64,000 nucleotides of DNA, taken from assembly GCA_012295275.1 (NCBI GenBank), contig CM022673.1:17112001-17176000 (forward strand), in the 5' to 3' direction. The stretch comes from Chrysomallon squamiferum. Taxonomy: Eukaryota > Animalia > Mollusca. Below, piece after piece: positions 14,987-29,770 of the stretch (position 1 is its first letter; each line of letters begins with the position of its first letter). A program made the position numbers and the translations under genes. The notes beneath the pieces were generated by a model. It was not told the origin of the DNA, did not search any database, and worked only from the letters and a program-made list of their open reading frames with translations.

Positions 14987-15599
14987 TTCTATATAGTCTC
15001 AAATGACAGAGAGGGCTTCACAGTTAATTTTTACAAAGAAAAATTATAATCCATAGCAGCGTAAATTCAGCAGATATTAAAATGTATCTCTTACTTAGTG
15101 ACCCATTTTCATTTCAAACAAGATCGCAATATGTTTTTTCTTTTTATTATTATCATTTACAGTATTATTTCCATATAATCATGAAAGCACAGAATACATA
15201 TTAGGATATTATTGTTATTATCATCATCGTCATCATCACCATCATCATATCATCATCGTCATTATTACTATTACTGGTTGTTGTCATCATCATTGTCGTT
15301 GTTGCCATTATTATTATTATTATATGAAATAATAAGTTCTCTATTATTACGCAGTTAACCCTTATTTGATATTTATTTTCCTATAAACAGGAAAGCATAT
15401 ACCACAAGCTTTGATACCATTTGTGAGGTACTGTCAGGAATGAGAAAAACACGGAGGCGGAGGCCTAATCCTCGGACACGTGACATCTCGTGCGAGTTCT
15501 CAAGTACTGGGCTGCTGGTGACTCTAACAGAGACCTGAGACAGATCCAGATTTCAGTTGTAAAGCGGAAGAAGCTGAGGTAATTTAAGTAACTGCAGTA

Positions 15600-15930
15600 T
15601 TTACTCTGCTGTTGTCACTCGAAGATGTGTCTGGAACTTGCGAAGATGTCGTGACGTCGATGACGTATTTGAACTGTGCTGAGATGTCGTGCTCACGAAG
15701 ACGTGGTGATAGAAGTGGGTTAATCAATGACGACAAGACCAGTAGTCAATATGACCACAAACATGGCCGCTCTCGCATCCAGAACTTATTGGTTACCATC
15801 ACGACATGACTGCCTCCTGGGAGTCTTCGTTGCCTAGCAACAAAAATAAACATGACAGTCGACTCCTGTAGAAATGGGATATTGCAAAGTCAAGAACGAA
15901 AGGTGATGACTACTTGACGTCGTGATTGTA
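15600..15930. promoter_or_regulatory. Enhancer-like island with RFX X-box and CRE-like sites
   Basis: GTTGCCTAGCAAC at 15829-15841; TGACGTC at about 15652 and 15916; TGACGTA at 15661. Confidence 0.5.
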
Positions 15931-16108
15931 ATTAATATTTTGTCCGACATTTGTCAGAAGTAATGTTTTTCTCTGATTTTCTTCGTAAAAAATATTCATG
16001 TATGTATGTGTATGTGTGTATGTATGTTTGTAAGTATGTATGTATATGTGTATGTATGTGTGTATGTATGTGTGTGTATATATGTAAGTATGTGTGCGTG
16101 TATGTATG

Positions 16109-16144
<36 letters not shown>

Positions 16145-16819
16145 CTTAATATATATGTATGTACGTTTGTATGGTGTGTGCATATATGTGTGTGTCTGTC
16201 TGTCTATATATAATTAAATACGTGTGTACAAACATGTAAACAAACAGACACGAACATAGTTTGATATTCACTGTACATTCACAGGCAGATAAAAATTTTA
16301 CCTGACAATATGGCGATTTTATCAGGCAACCTCAGTAATTTCAAACTAATTAGAATGACATCAAAAGATGTAATTACTCTCACTAATAATCACTTTAACA
16401 TTGAACCGATAAACATTTCAGTTAACAGGCAAACATGCAGTAAATCACTAAAAATTACGTGGACGCACTTTTTGCACGGGAAGTGAGTTATTGCCGACAT
16501 TTTCCGATAACTGAATCGTTGAAGGCAAATGTCTTTATCAAAGACTCGGCATGTTGTTTGTTGTTCTTGTTTTTTTGTTTTCTTGTTTTTGTTTTATGTC
16601 ATGGCATCTGATCCGCGAGTCGAAGCGGGTAATTTGACGTGAACTAAATGGAAAGTACCTACTAGTGATAACCAGATAAATCTCATGATAAAGCTGGAGC
16701 CAGTTAAGAAAAGGCAGTAGCTGCTAGAGAGCTTTTTAACACTCTCCTGGCTTTAATGAAAGATAATGTCTTCTTAACTGTGTTCCTTGATACGTCTTAA
16801 TGTAACAGAAGTACGTACT

Positions 16820-17125
16820 GTCTGTAGTAGAAATAGATGTAGTAGTAGTAGTAGTAGTAGTAGAGACAGAAGTAGTAGTGGTTATAGTGGTAGTAGTAGC
16901 GGTAATAGTAACAGCAGCATCAAAAACAGCAGCAGCAGCAGTAGTTGTAGTGGTAGTAGTAGTTGTAATGGCAGTAATACAGTAGTAATAGTAGTTGTAG
17001 TAGTAGAAGTAGTAGTAGTTGTAGTAGCAGTAGAAGTAGTAATAGTAGTTGTAGTAGCAGTAGAAGTAGTAATAGTAATAGCAGCAGCAGTAGTAGTAGT
17101 AGTAAAAATAGTAGTGGTAGTAGGT
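16820..17125. repeat. (TAG/CAG)n trinucleotide field; similar fields at 9660-9850, 10460-10760, 22425-22610, 24360-24590 and 27080-27270
   Basis: Trinucleotide periodicity producing spurious poly-T/V/S/Y/L ORFs. Confidence 0.9.
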
Positions 17126-17515
17126 TTTAATTTTGTTATTTCTATTATTCTTGTTTCTTCTGTTATTGCTTTTCTTCATCTTCGTATTATTATTATTATT
17201 ATTAAAAGAATTTTTAATAATAAATTAATAATAAAAGTGTTTAAAAAAAAAAAAAAAAAAAAGAATACAAACAAACAAAAAATCACACAAAATAGGAAAG
17301 ACAATTAATTATCCGTCGTTGCTTGTATTTTGTGTTTTACGGGAAACATTTCATTAAAATAAACACAAAACACCCACAACCACACTTCCTGTAAACCTTT
17401 AATGTCCCTAAACACAGTTACGAGATTTGACGAATTAATTTGTACACTCTTTATTATGTTTTGTCATGAAAATTATAATAAATGTTTAACGCTTGGTTTC
17501 AGCTATCTGTTTATT

Positions 17516-17607
<92 letters not shown>

Positions 17608-17689
17608 GTTTCCTGTTGTATTTTTCTCCATTTATTCAAATAAAGTAAAATTAATTGCTTTTTTGTTCTAACCATTAAGTTTTTTATCA

Positions 17690-17725
<36 letters not shown>

Positions 17726-18024
17726 CACTTCCCAGAAATTGTTATCAGGAAACAGGCGCTCGTGAAAACAAAACGAAATTGTTTATTGCTTTTTCTACAG
17801 CATTTGTTATTGCCTTTTAAATTTAAAATAGAAAACAAATGGACAAATCGAGATTAAAAATTAATGGCATTTGTTTTCAGTAGTACTGTTATTACAAACC
17901 ACCATTACCCCCGTCATCACCACCACCACTACCATTATTATTACTACTACTATTACTGACGCCATCATCAGAACCATTCATATCGCTTCTACTACCACGA
18001 CTGCTACTGCTGCTGCTACCGTTA

Positions 18025-18109
<85 letters not shown>

Positions 18110-19226
18110 GTTTGTGTGTTTGTTTTTAAGTTTCTCTCTAAAATGTAATATAGCCTATTATACAACTACATCCTATTTATTTCTTAAAAGCACGTTTGTA
18201 AAATTAATACGAACACTTTTAATCTTCAATTATAAATATTATTACTGTTATTAATATGACATCAGACGTCGCAAGAAAAACAAGATATAAATATAAATAT
18301 AAAAATAGCATTATGTTCCTTTGCACTGGGTTTGTTTATTTTAATCAAGTTCAAGGTCACGGTGATCAAATTGCAATGAAAATTTATTTTTATATACAAC
18401 AGGTGAGATTATTTTTCTTCGTTTTCACTTTTTTCCTCTTTTACTTCGTTTTATTTAATTTTAAAACGTAATCATATTTTATCATTATTTTTCTACATTA
18501 AAGGATTCTTAATTTCACCCTCTTTTATTTATCTAAATAAAAAAAAGAAAGAAAGAAAGAAAGAAAAAAAGGTTGAAAAAGGTTAAGTAAAGAAAGTTTT
18601 GATAAAACAACATTCCTGGTGTGAAAGATAAATCGTCTAAAATGACGAACTTGATGTTACGTTGTTTTTCTACTTTTTTTTTTTTTTTTTTTTTTAAATG
18701 AGAACTGCCATCGAGTACTCGTAGTTCAGTGGTCAGAGAACACGCCTGATTATGAACTATGTGCTGCTCTGTATTCAATCACCAGATTTTTTGTACTGAA
18801 TGATTTAGAGAGAAAAACTACTGCAGTAACTTCATAAGCTATTCTTATCGATATAAATACAGAAATGGATTTGATATATCCACTGCACATAGTCAGGGAA
18901 GTACATACCACGATCTTTCATGGCGATTGATGCAGTGGCAGAATAAACTCTTTCTGAAGGACAGATCTGCTGTGTAACTATAGTTAAATAAATACTGCAC
19001 CACAGCTTATTTTGAACCATCTGCCAAAAATAAACTTATTGCATTTTATTGTCTATAACATTTGAAATATATTCTGAAATACAGTCGCGTTTGAATTCAA
19101 ATGTATGTACGTACGTATATATGTATGTCCGTGGGTTTACGTATGTGTATATATGTGAATATGCATCATATATATCTATATCTATATCTGTATATCTATC
19201 TATCTATATCTATCTATCTATCTGTA

Positions 19227-19284
<58 letters not shown>

Positions 19285-20718
19285 TTAGTCCAGATGTATT
19301 TTTATAAATACACAACAAAAAAAAACTCAATAAATAATTTACTGAGAGATTTAAAAAAACCATGAAACTCTTTTCAGTGCCTCTTTACCCTCGCTCCTCT
19401 TCCTCTTACTAAAATAAACCAGGCATTTATCTCACATAGATTTTATATTTCTTTGAACGAATGTTAATGTGACGAGATATTCATATTTTTAAAGAAACCG
19501 ATGTCTTTATCTCAACACATCTAGCTGCATGCAGCAGTGGGCACCCAGGGAGGCGTAGGCTGTGTATTTTAAAGTTTTGATTCTTATCGACTTACGACCT
19601 GCAATTAGTACACGAGCAAAACGTCCCGAGATAACGCGGTGCACGGAAACACGACGTGTTTAACAGAAGGGGCTTGTTACACAGATCCCAGGTATGGGTG
19701 GGGGGATTTATGAAATATAAATTTGGCACTCGTGAAGTTCATGAACTTAAGTGTGATTTCTATAGCGTGAGAGCGTGAACCTGTGTTCTGATGTGTCATG
19801 TCGTTAAGTCATATATGTAATTAAATATATATATATCTACATACATACGTATGTATAGTATATACATATATAATATACATACATACATAAATACAGATAA
19901 ACATACACACTCACATACATACACATACATTTACAAAGAAAATCAGAGAGAACAAATATTATTTCTGACAAATTAATAACAATTACAACATATAAACATA
20001 TTTACGCATATATTCACACATGTAGATATGTTCTCACATACGCACACTCATGAATACTAACGTACTGCACATAAGGACACACATGTTGTTTTCTTAATGT
20101 TAGCACTGTCTAATCACATAAAATGTTAAAACTCTTTTTTGTTGCTTTATCTTTTTCCTTCCCTTTTTTCCCCTTTTCTACATGTTTTAACATTATTTTT
20201 TCCTCTACTATAATAATAATAATAATTATTATTATTATTATTTTTATTATTATTAATTTTTTGAGGTTGTGAATGGTTTTGTCTGGCTTTCTACTTGTTG
20301 TTTTACTGCATATTATATTTTATAACAATATCTTGTTAACTGAGCAACATTGTGCTTTTCCGGCAATGCACGGGTGATTAGAGTTCTTGCGCTTTGTATC
20401 GTCAAAGCCTTATTAATATTTGTGAAGTTTTAATTAAAGAAATTTGTCAATGCAATCTCGTGTATTGTCTGTGTGCAATGTGACGTGCTTAGTATTAGAA
20501 AAACATGCACGTACTGACGAGTGTTTCAGTGTAAAGCATTAAGCGTGTTGGTTTCTAAGCTTTAATCTATTGTTTCATTAGTGGCTTTTTGTATTAGTCC
20601 ATTACTTTGTTTTATAAGGTTTCATTTCTATCTGCAGATTTTCAGATTCTTGGTTGTTGTCATCATTTTTATCTCCTCCTTCATATCCACTGTTATAATT
20701 ATTGTTTCATGTGTGTTC

Positions 20719-20767
<49 letters not shown>

Positions 20768-21509
20768 AAAAGAAAAAAAAATATATATATTCATGCGTGT
20801 GTGTGTTTGAGTGTGTGTGTGTGTGTGTGTGTGTGCGTGTGTGTGACTTTGTATGTATTGCAAACTATAAGAGCTTTGTTTACGTAACTTTGGATTGTTC
20901 TGCTAGTTAGACAATGCCAGTTCACAGACGGCAACGTTGTATAGTAATGTAGAAAACCAAAATAATTTAATGTGTGTATATATATATATATATATCACAT
21001 AATATATGAACTCTTCAATGTCTTAGTGTGTGTGCTGTATAATTATGTGTAAACGCTATGTTTTACCAGTTATACGAGAAAATCAAATTAAACAAAGGTT
21101 CTTGACTTGTATCTTCTGGTGCTGTATTTTTAAAGCCCAGATTCTCGTTCTTCGCGTTAACTAGAAAGGCGTGACCGCGTAACTAATTCAAACCTTATTT
21201 GCGAATTGCCCGAGTTTAAAACTGGTGTAACAGAAGTGTATTGTGTTAGCTTGGACGCAGCTACGTGACCCGAGCCACGAGATAGGATAAAAACGGGAAG
21301 CTTATCGCTCATTTTTCTTGCCAGTTATGAATGGATCTTTTTACCTATTAGTTCCACTTTGATCTGCACCGAGCTTGTAATCCGCTGTTAAGTCTTAGTC
21401 TCGCTAACCACGTGCACAATTTACCCACTGACACATTTCACGGGAACCTTCAACTAGGGCAGATCTGCCTTACGTAACGGTGTGCTGGGTTTCAGTGTAG
21501 ACAGCGCTG

Positions 21510-22150
21510 GATCTTCAGTTTGACTGGCAAAAACACTCCTCTGTCTTTCAAACGCCATTAATAGCATTTTTATCTTATGTAACGATGTATTGGGTTTCGA
21601 AATAGTAGCAGTTCTTATAATATTATTAAAAACAAAACAAAAAAAAAAAAAAAAAAACCTCTTCTTTATTTCAAACATCAATAACAGCATTTCTAGATTG
21701 CGTAAAATTGTATTCCATTTCTTCGTTGTCAGTGCTAGTACTAAAGTGAAACTTTAACCGTTCAAAACATTGTTTCATATTTTAGACGCTAATACTACTC
21801 ATACTAGTTCACCAACTGTCAGTTTTAATACTAAAGTTAAAATTTAACTGTTAAAAACATTGTTCTGTATTTTAGACGCTCTAATTTAAGTAATGCCATA
21901 ACACATTTCAACTCTGACAGTGATAGTAATAAAGTTAAATTATGAGTGATGTTCTTATTTCAAAATGTCAAAAGAGTAACGTCACGCTATATTTCAACGT
22001 ACTGGTACTTCTGTAGTAGTGAAAATAAGGCGTCATAATTTAACTGACAAAAACACTGTTCTGTATTTCAAACGCCAATAAGAATAGTTCTGGTATTTGT
22101 ACCCTTGTACTCTATTGCAACGTCGACAACGGCATCTGTATATTTTAAAT
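21510..22150. repeat. Old degenerate tandem repeat, about 90-bp period
   Basis: TAAAGT..AA.TTTAAC.GTT.AAAACATTGTT..TATTTTAGACGCT at about 21742 and 21832; related AAAAACACT...TTTCAAACGCCA at about 21528 and 22049. Confidence 0.65.
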
Positions 22151-22420
22151 GATGAAAACGGTGTGCGGCTTTTCAGTTTTAAGGACCAAATACATGATTA
22201 TATATCATTATCAGAAACTAAACTTTTTTTCTTCACTAAAGAGACCGCGTCAGTGACACGTTATTTAGAATTCACAGCCTCGAGCTAAAATCTGCAGTAG
22301 CTTTGTCTTAATGACTTTCCAGCAGTCCAGTGTAGATTCGTGTAGTTCTGTAAGACTAATCTACTGGACAATGGGAATTCATCGGTGCATGAAAATTTAT
22401 GAATATATCTATATCTGTTG

Positions 22421-22504
<84 letters not shown>

Positions 22505-23219
22505 ATTTTGTTGTTATTTTTAGTATTAATAATTGTAATAGTAGTATAGTAGTGGTAATAATAATATTAGGAGCTGTAGTAGTAGTTGTTGTTGTTGTAG
22601 TATTTCATTACTAAAAGTCAAATTGTCGACCAGGGGTTTAATTAAGAAAAAACATCAAACAGCAACGTTTTAACAAACAAACAAACAAACAAAAACACAA
22701 ATAAATGAATTCAGTTCAATTTTACTTCTAATTACTGCAACCAGGCAATGAGTTTTATATTTCTTAAATGTTAATTTTCTGCTTATAATATAATAGTTAC
22801 TTAAAAAAAAATATATATATATATATAAAATAATAATAATAGTAAATTTAAAAATTCAACTATCTTTTGTTCTTCAACGGTAAAACCAAAAATCGAATCT
22901 ACAGGCAGCTTTATAAAAATCGAAAATAACTCCTTATATATGCCTTTTGTATTAATGTGCTTTCTAATATAAAAATTGTGTTAAGCCATGCTTTTATGAA
23001 AAATGACAAGACTTCGAGTACTTTAAGAGAGCCTGGAGAGAACAAAGTATATAAAAGAAATAAAGAAGCACAATGCTTTATTACGCGCCATTTGTAACTG
23101 ACAGCAATTTAATTCGCTCTGAATTTTTGTTCTTCCTTTAAATGAGTTAGCCTTCATTATACTGCATTATTCTTCTGTATTTTATTATTAGGATATTTAA
23201 AATAAAATGAAATTAAATT

Positions 23220-23255
<36 letters not shown>

Positions 23256-23852
23256 CATGTAAACTATATAAAATATATATAAAATTCCTTGCATTTATTT
23301 GTAAAAGTAACCACGGTATGTCTGCAGTGTGTTTACTATCTCGCGACTTCGTTACACAAATCACATTTAGATGTGTAAAGGACGTCTGTCTTGGACAAAG
23401 TATTCAAGTATTCAAGTAACTCTGGGGATTGACATTTTAAAAAGAAACTCATTCGGCCGTCTCGTTTGACAAAAACAAACATGATTAGGTCTCCGGTTTC
23501 GGTCAAATTATCGCGTATGAACCGCAGGTGGGAAGGAAGCTGAATTCACAGACACGCTAAAAATAAGTGGAAATAAATGCAGAGCGAATGAACATAGGTG
23601 GACGAGTTATGGAAGTTATAATTAGTTGTCTTATTTCGACACTTGTTTACAAAGTTTCTGAACTTTAAACTGATGCAGACACTTCACTCTGCAGGAAATA
23701 ATTGCTCGATATTAAAGGGAGTATTAAATGTAAGCTACTTAAGTACTGTGATGTCGTAAGTGAAATAATTATGGTGATAATAACAATAAATAAAGAAGAA
23801 AGCGATGTATTCTCGTTGAAATATGAAATATCAGGATTAACACACACACACA

Positions 23853-23951
<99 letters not shown>

Positions 23952-24774
23952 AAATGATAATTTTAAAATATTCAGTTATATGTAATAGCTGATTCTAGAT
24001 TAAACCATCTATTCACTGAACATCATCAGTTTAAGTATATGTTTAGATGCGCATATGTGTATATTTCTGTGTGTGTGTATTATCTATAAGTAAAATAATA
24101 TGTAGGAGTACGCATGTTTATATACACACACACACACACATACACACATACATACATACATACATACATACATACATACATACATACATACATACATACA
24201 TACATACAACCATACATACATACAGAGAGAGAGAGAGAGACTTGACAGTACTAGCACAAATCAGAGCAGTAGTTTTGGAGATTATGGATCCTCAAATTAT
24301 TACTAAGCCAACGACGACTACTACTAATAATATACGTTTGATACTATATATATTTACAGCTTCTGCTACAGTTGCTACCATTACTGCTGCTGTTGCTACT
24401 GTTAGTATTACTACTACTACTGCTCTACAGTTATTGCCAATATTTCTGCTGTCACGACTATTACTTCTACTATTACTACTCCTACCACTATCACTACTGC
24501 TGTTGCTACCATTATTATACTACTACCTTTACTACTACTACTGCTACTGCACATCAACCACCACTACCCCTACTACTACTCCTCATATATAACTATGTTT
24601 CAGCTCTGTACGTCTGTGTTCTGGGACGCTGACTCAGTTCACGGCTGACCGTGCAGCTGGGTCGGTCAACTTGCTAATCCTAGCTGCAGGGCGTCAGATC
24701 ACTTTGTGCGCTGCTTCATTAAATTAACTCGAGGGTTTACATCCAGCCTGCCATCTGTGGTGTAACTAAGGCGT

Positions 24775-25025
24775 TCAGGGGTTGCTGAAATCACGGGGTG
24801 ATTCTGTGGTGGAGGGGGTTGATGAAGTCGCGGCGTGACACAGGTATGGAGGGGTTGATGAAGTCACTCAGTGACACAGGTATGGAGGGGTTGATGAAGT
24901 CACGGCGTGACACAAGTATGGAGGGGTTGATAAAGTCACGGCGTGAAACAGGTGTGGAGGGTTGATGAAATCACGGTTGATGAAATCATGGTATATGTAA
25001 GTGATGGAAGGATTGATAAAGTCTT
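24775..25025. repeat. 36-bp GC-rich minisatellite (GGAGGGGTTGATGAAGTCACGGCGTGACACAGGTAT), about 5-6 copies
   Basis: Units start at about 24811, 24848, 24884, 24920 and 24956. Confidence 0.9.
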
Positions 25026-25184
25026 GGGATTTTTTAAAGGATGGAGGATGATGAAACAGCCACCAGAATCTGGATTCGAGGAGTCGTAAGATTAAAAATG
25101 AGTGAATGAATAAATAATAATCACAATACAATACTGACAGTTACTACGTAACACTCATACTTCTGTGGTGTAATGTAATGATAC

Positions 25185-25295
25185 GAGAGAAGAAACCCTC
25201 TGCTGTCATTCCGTCGAGCAGTAAGGATTTTTTTTTTTTCCAAAATACAGCACAGCCTTTGATGGACCAGTTTAGAATTGGAAAAAGCTCCACGA
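25185..25295 (+). mobile_element. Decayed SINE-like fragment (resembles the gastropod Nin-domain SINE core); related traces near 2755-2870, 15385-15450 and 18890-18950
   Basis: GAAACCC..GCTGTC...GCAGTAAGGATTTTT...CACAGCCTTTGAT.GACCAG and the related CATACCAC...CTTT motifs resemble my recollection of this family; not aligned. Confidence 0.35.
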
Positions 25296-25431
25296 ACACA
25301 CTAAGAAAGATTTCCTTATATAAACGAGTACTGATTACGTCACGTCGTTTATAGGAATTTTTTTTTTTTACAATTATTTACAAGTACATAAAATATATTT
25401 TAGACATAAAAAAAAAAAGTAACATAAAAAC

Positions 25432-25464
<33 letters not shown>

Positions 25465-26047
25465 TTAACCTATTTCTGAATTCACCATATATTCTTCTAC
25501 AGACAATACAGTCGATTACAATAAAAATATTATGGCTATTTTAGGAAGGCCACTTTAACAACAAGCAACACACAATCATTTAGAAGTAAATAAAACGTAT
25601 TTCAGCTGTTTATCTCCGAGTACGTAATTTTTAAATAAAAAACCTAAAGTGACGGAATTCTGAAATAAATTAAAATTCCAAATTAATTGTAGAAGTGAAA
25701 AACTATGCCACTTTCTTTTTTTTTCTTTTCTTTTTCTTTTTTTCTTAATGCTAAAATAGTAATCTAACCTTAACATGCTGTCAATAACTATTTAATATTT
25801 TAACATGTTAACAAGAACAAAAGCTTTGGCACATTCGAAATGAATGCATGCAAGACCGAAGTGCTTTGAAAAACCAGTATAATACAAATAATTTTATTAA
25901 GACTTTACCATCTCGTTGAAGACCAGGCAAATGTAAGATAAAAAAACAAAATCGTACAAATGTGTAAGTGTGGGCATAGAGGCTATTCTGACTTGAATCC
26001 TATCAAAAGAGATTTAATGAACGCATTTCCAGGTCTCATTATTCTCT

Positions 26048-26378
26048 CAAAATCGTTATTATTATGGTGTTACATGTTTTAAAAAGTTAATTTTGTTTGT
26101 CACGTTTTATAAAAAAAATACATTCTCATTCAGAAAGAACTATTCACTAAGTTAAAACGCGTCAGCGTAGCTTTCATCAACAAACCAGTTGAATACATGC
26201 ATTTTCAAGTGACAGTTTTCTTTCTCAGTAATGTATCAGTAATATACCAAGTTTGGGTATATTACCACTTTAACAAGAAACAACAGCAAAACAAAACAAA
26301 AACATAACAAAAACAAAATAATAATAATAATATTGGTAACAACAACACAACAACAACAACAACAATAATAATAATAAT
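26048..26378 (+). repeat. Left arm of long inverted repeat (pairs with 30780-31168)
   Basis: About 240 bp of complex sequence plus a (CAA)n(TAA)n tail; e.g. CTTTCATCAACAAACCAGTTGAA and CATTTTCAAGTGACAGTTTTCTTTCTCAGTAATGTA are reverse-complemented in the right arm. Confidence 0.9.
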
Positions 26379-26855
26379 GTTTTGTTAATAAATAAATAAA
26401 TAATCGCAGGGCAAACCTTTATCTTTTTGAATGTATACATTCCAAGACCATGAACAAATAACGTTATGTACAAATTTCCATTCCATCTGATTTTAATGGT
26501 AATTCCTTAAAATACTTTGTCTGCCTCAATTGATAAAAATCACTGAAGCAGATGCTAGGAAATTTTTTTATCTCGGCAATCTTGTACAAAATGAGTTTAA
26601 ACCACAAGTGTAATTTACAATATATGATAAGTTCTGTTTGCAAATCTGACAGTTTGGATTTATATGTAATTAGGCGTGACCGAGTGTGTGTTTAAACTTG
26701 TAATATAAACAAAAAACAAATGGTAGAAACCTAATTTTAGAACTGTATGGGTCAAAAAGATAAACAAGCAAAAAGTAAACACACACACACACACACACAC
26801 ATACACACACACACACACATACGTAAAAGTATATGTGTATGTACTACTACAACAG

Positions 26856-27020
26856 TTTTTTTTATTAGAGAATATTCATATGCACCCCATAGACAAAAAA
26901 AAGACTCACCACTTCATATTTATTTATTTACTTTTAAGTATATGTGTATGTATATAAAAGAACAGAATTTTTTTTATTAGAGAATATTCATATGCACCTC
27001 ATAGACAAAAAAAGGACTCA
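26856..27020. repeat. Direct duplication of about 52 bp at 112-bp spacing
   Basis: TTTTTTATTAGAGAATATTCATATGCACC[C/T]CATAGACAAAAAAA.GACTCA occurs twice. Confidence 0.85.
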
Positions 27021-28052
27021 TTTGTAAATCATAATTAATAATAATAGAAGTAATTATAACAGTGAAAGCAGATGTAGTAACTAGAAGTGGCAGTAGCATA
27101 TGTATAGTATAAATAGTAGTAGTAATAATAACAGTATTAGAGATAGGAATAGAAGTAGTAGTAATAGTACTATATTAGTAATAAAAAATGAAGTAGTAGT
27201 AGTAATAATAGTAGTAGCAGTAGATGCAGTAGTTGGCATAGTGGTAATAGGGGTAGTAGTAGATACAGAATTAGTAACATGATAAAGAATGAAGAAAAGT
27301 AGATATGATAGAATAACAGTCTGAAGTTCAGTACATTTAAACAAAAATTCACTCTCTTTAAAAATGTGTTTTAAAACTGCAATATTACAAAAATAATTGA
27401 TTTTGCAACTTTTAAAAATTAACTTCGCATTTTAATTCTTCTATTATTCAACAAACGGGCACCACTTCATTAAGTAATATCTATATTGCCGCATCACGTG
27501 TCACTCGCCAATACACAGGAAGTTCTGACGTAACGCAAATATAGGTCCCATATCACTACGCCATTGTTGCCCATTACGGCTTACCTACCTAATAGACAGC
27601 AAGTGTTTGTAAATGTACTCAAACTGTTTTTAATCTGTTCTCATTATAGAGAGGCCATTAACAGACATTGCGTTGGAAAAGAGATTATTCTCTTCATTAC
27701 CAGTCCATTTATGTCCCACTGACAATGAACTTCATATGACGTGATTACATCGAGCAACGCAACAGTCAGCTCGTTGGGCACGTTGTGGCCGTGTCATCTA
27801 GACAAAAAAGTCTGGCAACGTTTCCGCTTTAAAATCTACTCAATTTATTTGCATGCATCTGCCTGTGAATGCGTCTGTGTGTCTGTGTGTTTTTGGTGCA
27901 TGCATATGTATGTACACACGTATGTATGTATAACTGCGTATATGTCTGTGTATGTATACAGGTTTATGTATATGTATGTACCTACGCATGTATGAATGCA
28001 TATATATAGGCATATATAAAGGTATGTATTTACGTGTGTATGTGTGTGTGTA

Positions 28053-28088
<36 letters not shown>

Positions 28089-28375
28089 AATATATATATG
28101 TATATAAGTATGTGATATAACTTTAAAATTATATATATAAATAGTTCACTAGAGAATTTATTACAGACTGGAATTTGAGCTCAGAATGATAATACTTTAA
28201 ACTGATCGATTAAAGCACTTCATTTTAAAACAACGTTTCTATCTCTAAGGTTTGAAGTTTCAGTTTATCAGCGAGAATCACAATTATAGTAGAATCCATT
28301 CACTTTTCTCATCGACTGTATCTGTCCGCTAATGTTACTCATAAATAATAATAAAATGCGTTAATTGATCCTTAC

Positions 28376-28770
28376 GCCATTTTCTTACATTGATCTAATT
28401 CTGTGTGTGGCGGTTACGAGACGGTATCGGGCTTTTTAACGTTCGCTTCGAGACTCGGCGCGCTCGCTGAAAACACGGCGGCGGATCAGCAGACACTGCT
28501 CTCTGCTCTGTCACGTGATAATTCAATAAGAATGAAGAAAATAATTCAACTAGTCAGAGGTGAAAACAACTTTGCCCCGGGGATCTGGGAACGTGCAAAA
28601 CGTGTTATCTACGTAGAATGATTTATGCCGGGTTCTCGAAGCGGACTGTAGCCTATGGTTAGATCGCTCGCTCGCCCGAGGCGCGACTCCTCTCTCGACT
28701 GTTCTAGATTTGTGACGCTCTTCGACTGTTTCTCGTTCCGATCTGTGCTGCACGACTGCTATTTATAGTA
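28376..28770 (-). promoter_or_regulatory. Core promoter plus first exon of an unidentified minus-strand gene (exon ends ATG GC|GTAAGG)
   Basis: CTATAAATAG (TATA overlapping a MEF2 consensus) at 28768-28759, followed by about 350 nt of GC/CpG-rich leader, AAAATGGC with ATG at 28380-28378 and a donor at 28375. No downstream coding exon recognised in the window. Confidence 0.6.
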
Positions 28771-28966
28771 AAGTGCAGAAAAAGAAATCCTTACTGCTAA
28801 TACATTCTAATCCTTGTAACTGCTAGCTGCGTATTTCGTGTTTCATATCATAGCTGCACAAACATACACACGTACATACATGAACATACAAACATACACA
28901 AACCAAAATTAAGAAATCAATTTCACTGATACCTAATAAACATTGATATTCTTTTTCATTTTCATT

Positions 28967-29022
<56 letters not shown>

Positions 29023-29694
29023 AGTATAGTGGTTATAGAAGTCAGGTGATGCTTACATTTAGACCAATGCGCCGGAGAAATAATTAAAAACTGACAATAA
29101 AACACAAAGTGGCAGCAACTATGATCAAATTAAATCTAAAGATAAACAACTCCAGGCAAAATACATAATACGTTTGAAGTACGCTGAGAACAGCAGCCAC
29201 AACTGTGACCACGACATCAAAGCAAAATAATAATAGCTTATGTTAAAACGAATAACACTAACTAACTGCAATACGAAACTAGTAGTAATAATCATATGTT
29301 TGTTTGTTTGTTGTTGTTTTGGTTTATTGCTGTTATCGTTTTTTGTTTTTTGCAAAAATAAATAATGGAACAAACAACTAAACAGCAGCGGCAATCACAA
29401 CAATACAACAAAACCACTCAGAATGAAATGAAGCAGAGAGTTAAACAATAAACATACTAAATTTATACTAAAAACTATTATACTGTACGTTTTATTATTA
29501 TTATTATTATTATTATATTTTGTTATCTCTGATTTAATTTGTTTTGATATATTCTTATTTGATAGGCTTCATTAATTTTCTTTCATGTATATAAATTGTC
29601 AGTCAATTTGTTTATTTTACTTGTCAACGTTAGAACTGGAAAACTAATAAAATGACTGAAATATTTTCACAGTTGTCTGCCGTTTGGACCTATC

Positions 29695-29770
29695 ACCTGA
29701 CGTCGGGTCACAGGTCAAGGTCAAGTATCAAATCAGAAGGGTGAATGCAAGTTCAGCTCTGATTGGTAGT
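29695..29770. promoter_or_regulatory. Composite CRE / nuclear-receptor / CCAAT element
   Basis: TGACGTC (29698) then GGGTCA-C-AGGTCA-AGGTCA (29705-29723); CTGATTGG at 29759. Confidence 0.5.

Noticed and set aside
24775-25025. 36-bp periodic array resembling a CRISPR
   Set aside because: Head-to-tail units without unique spacers, no cas genes, eukaryotic context.
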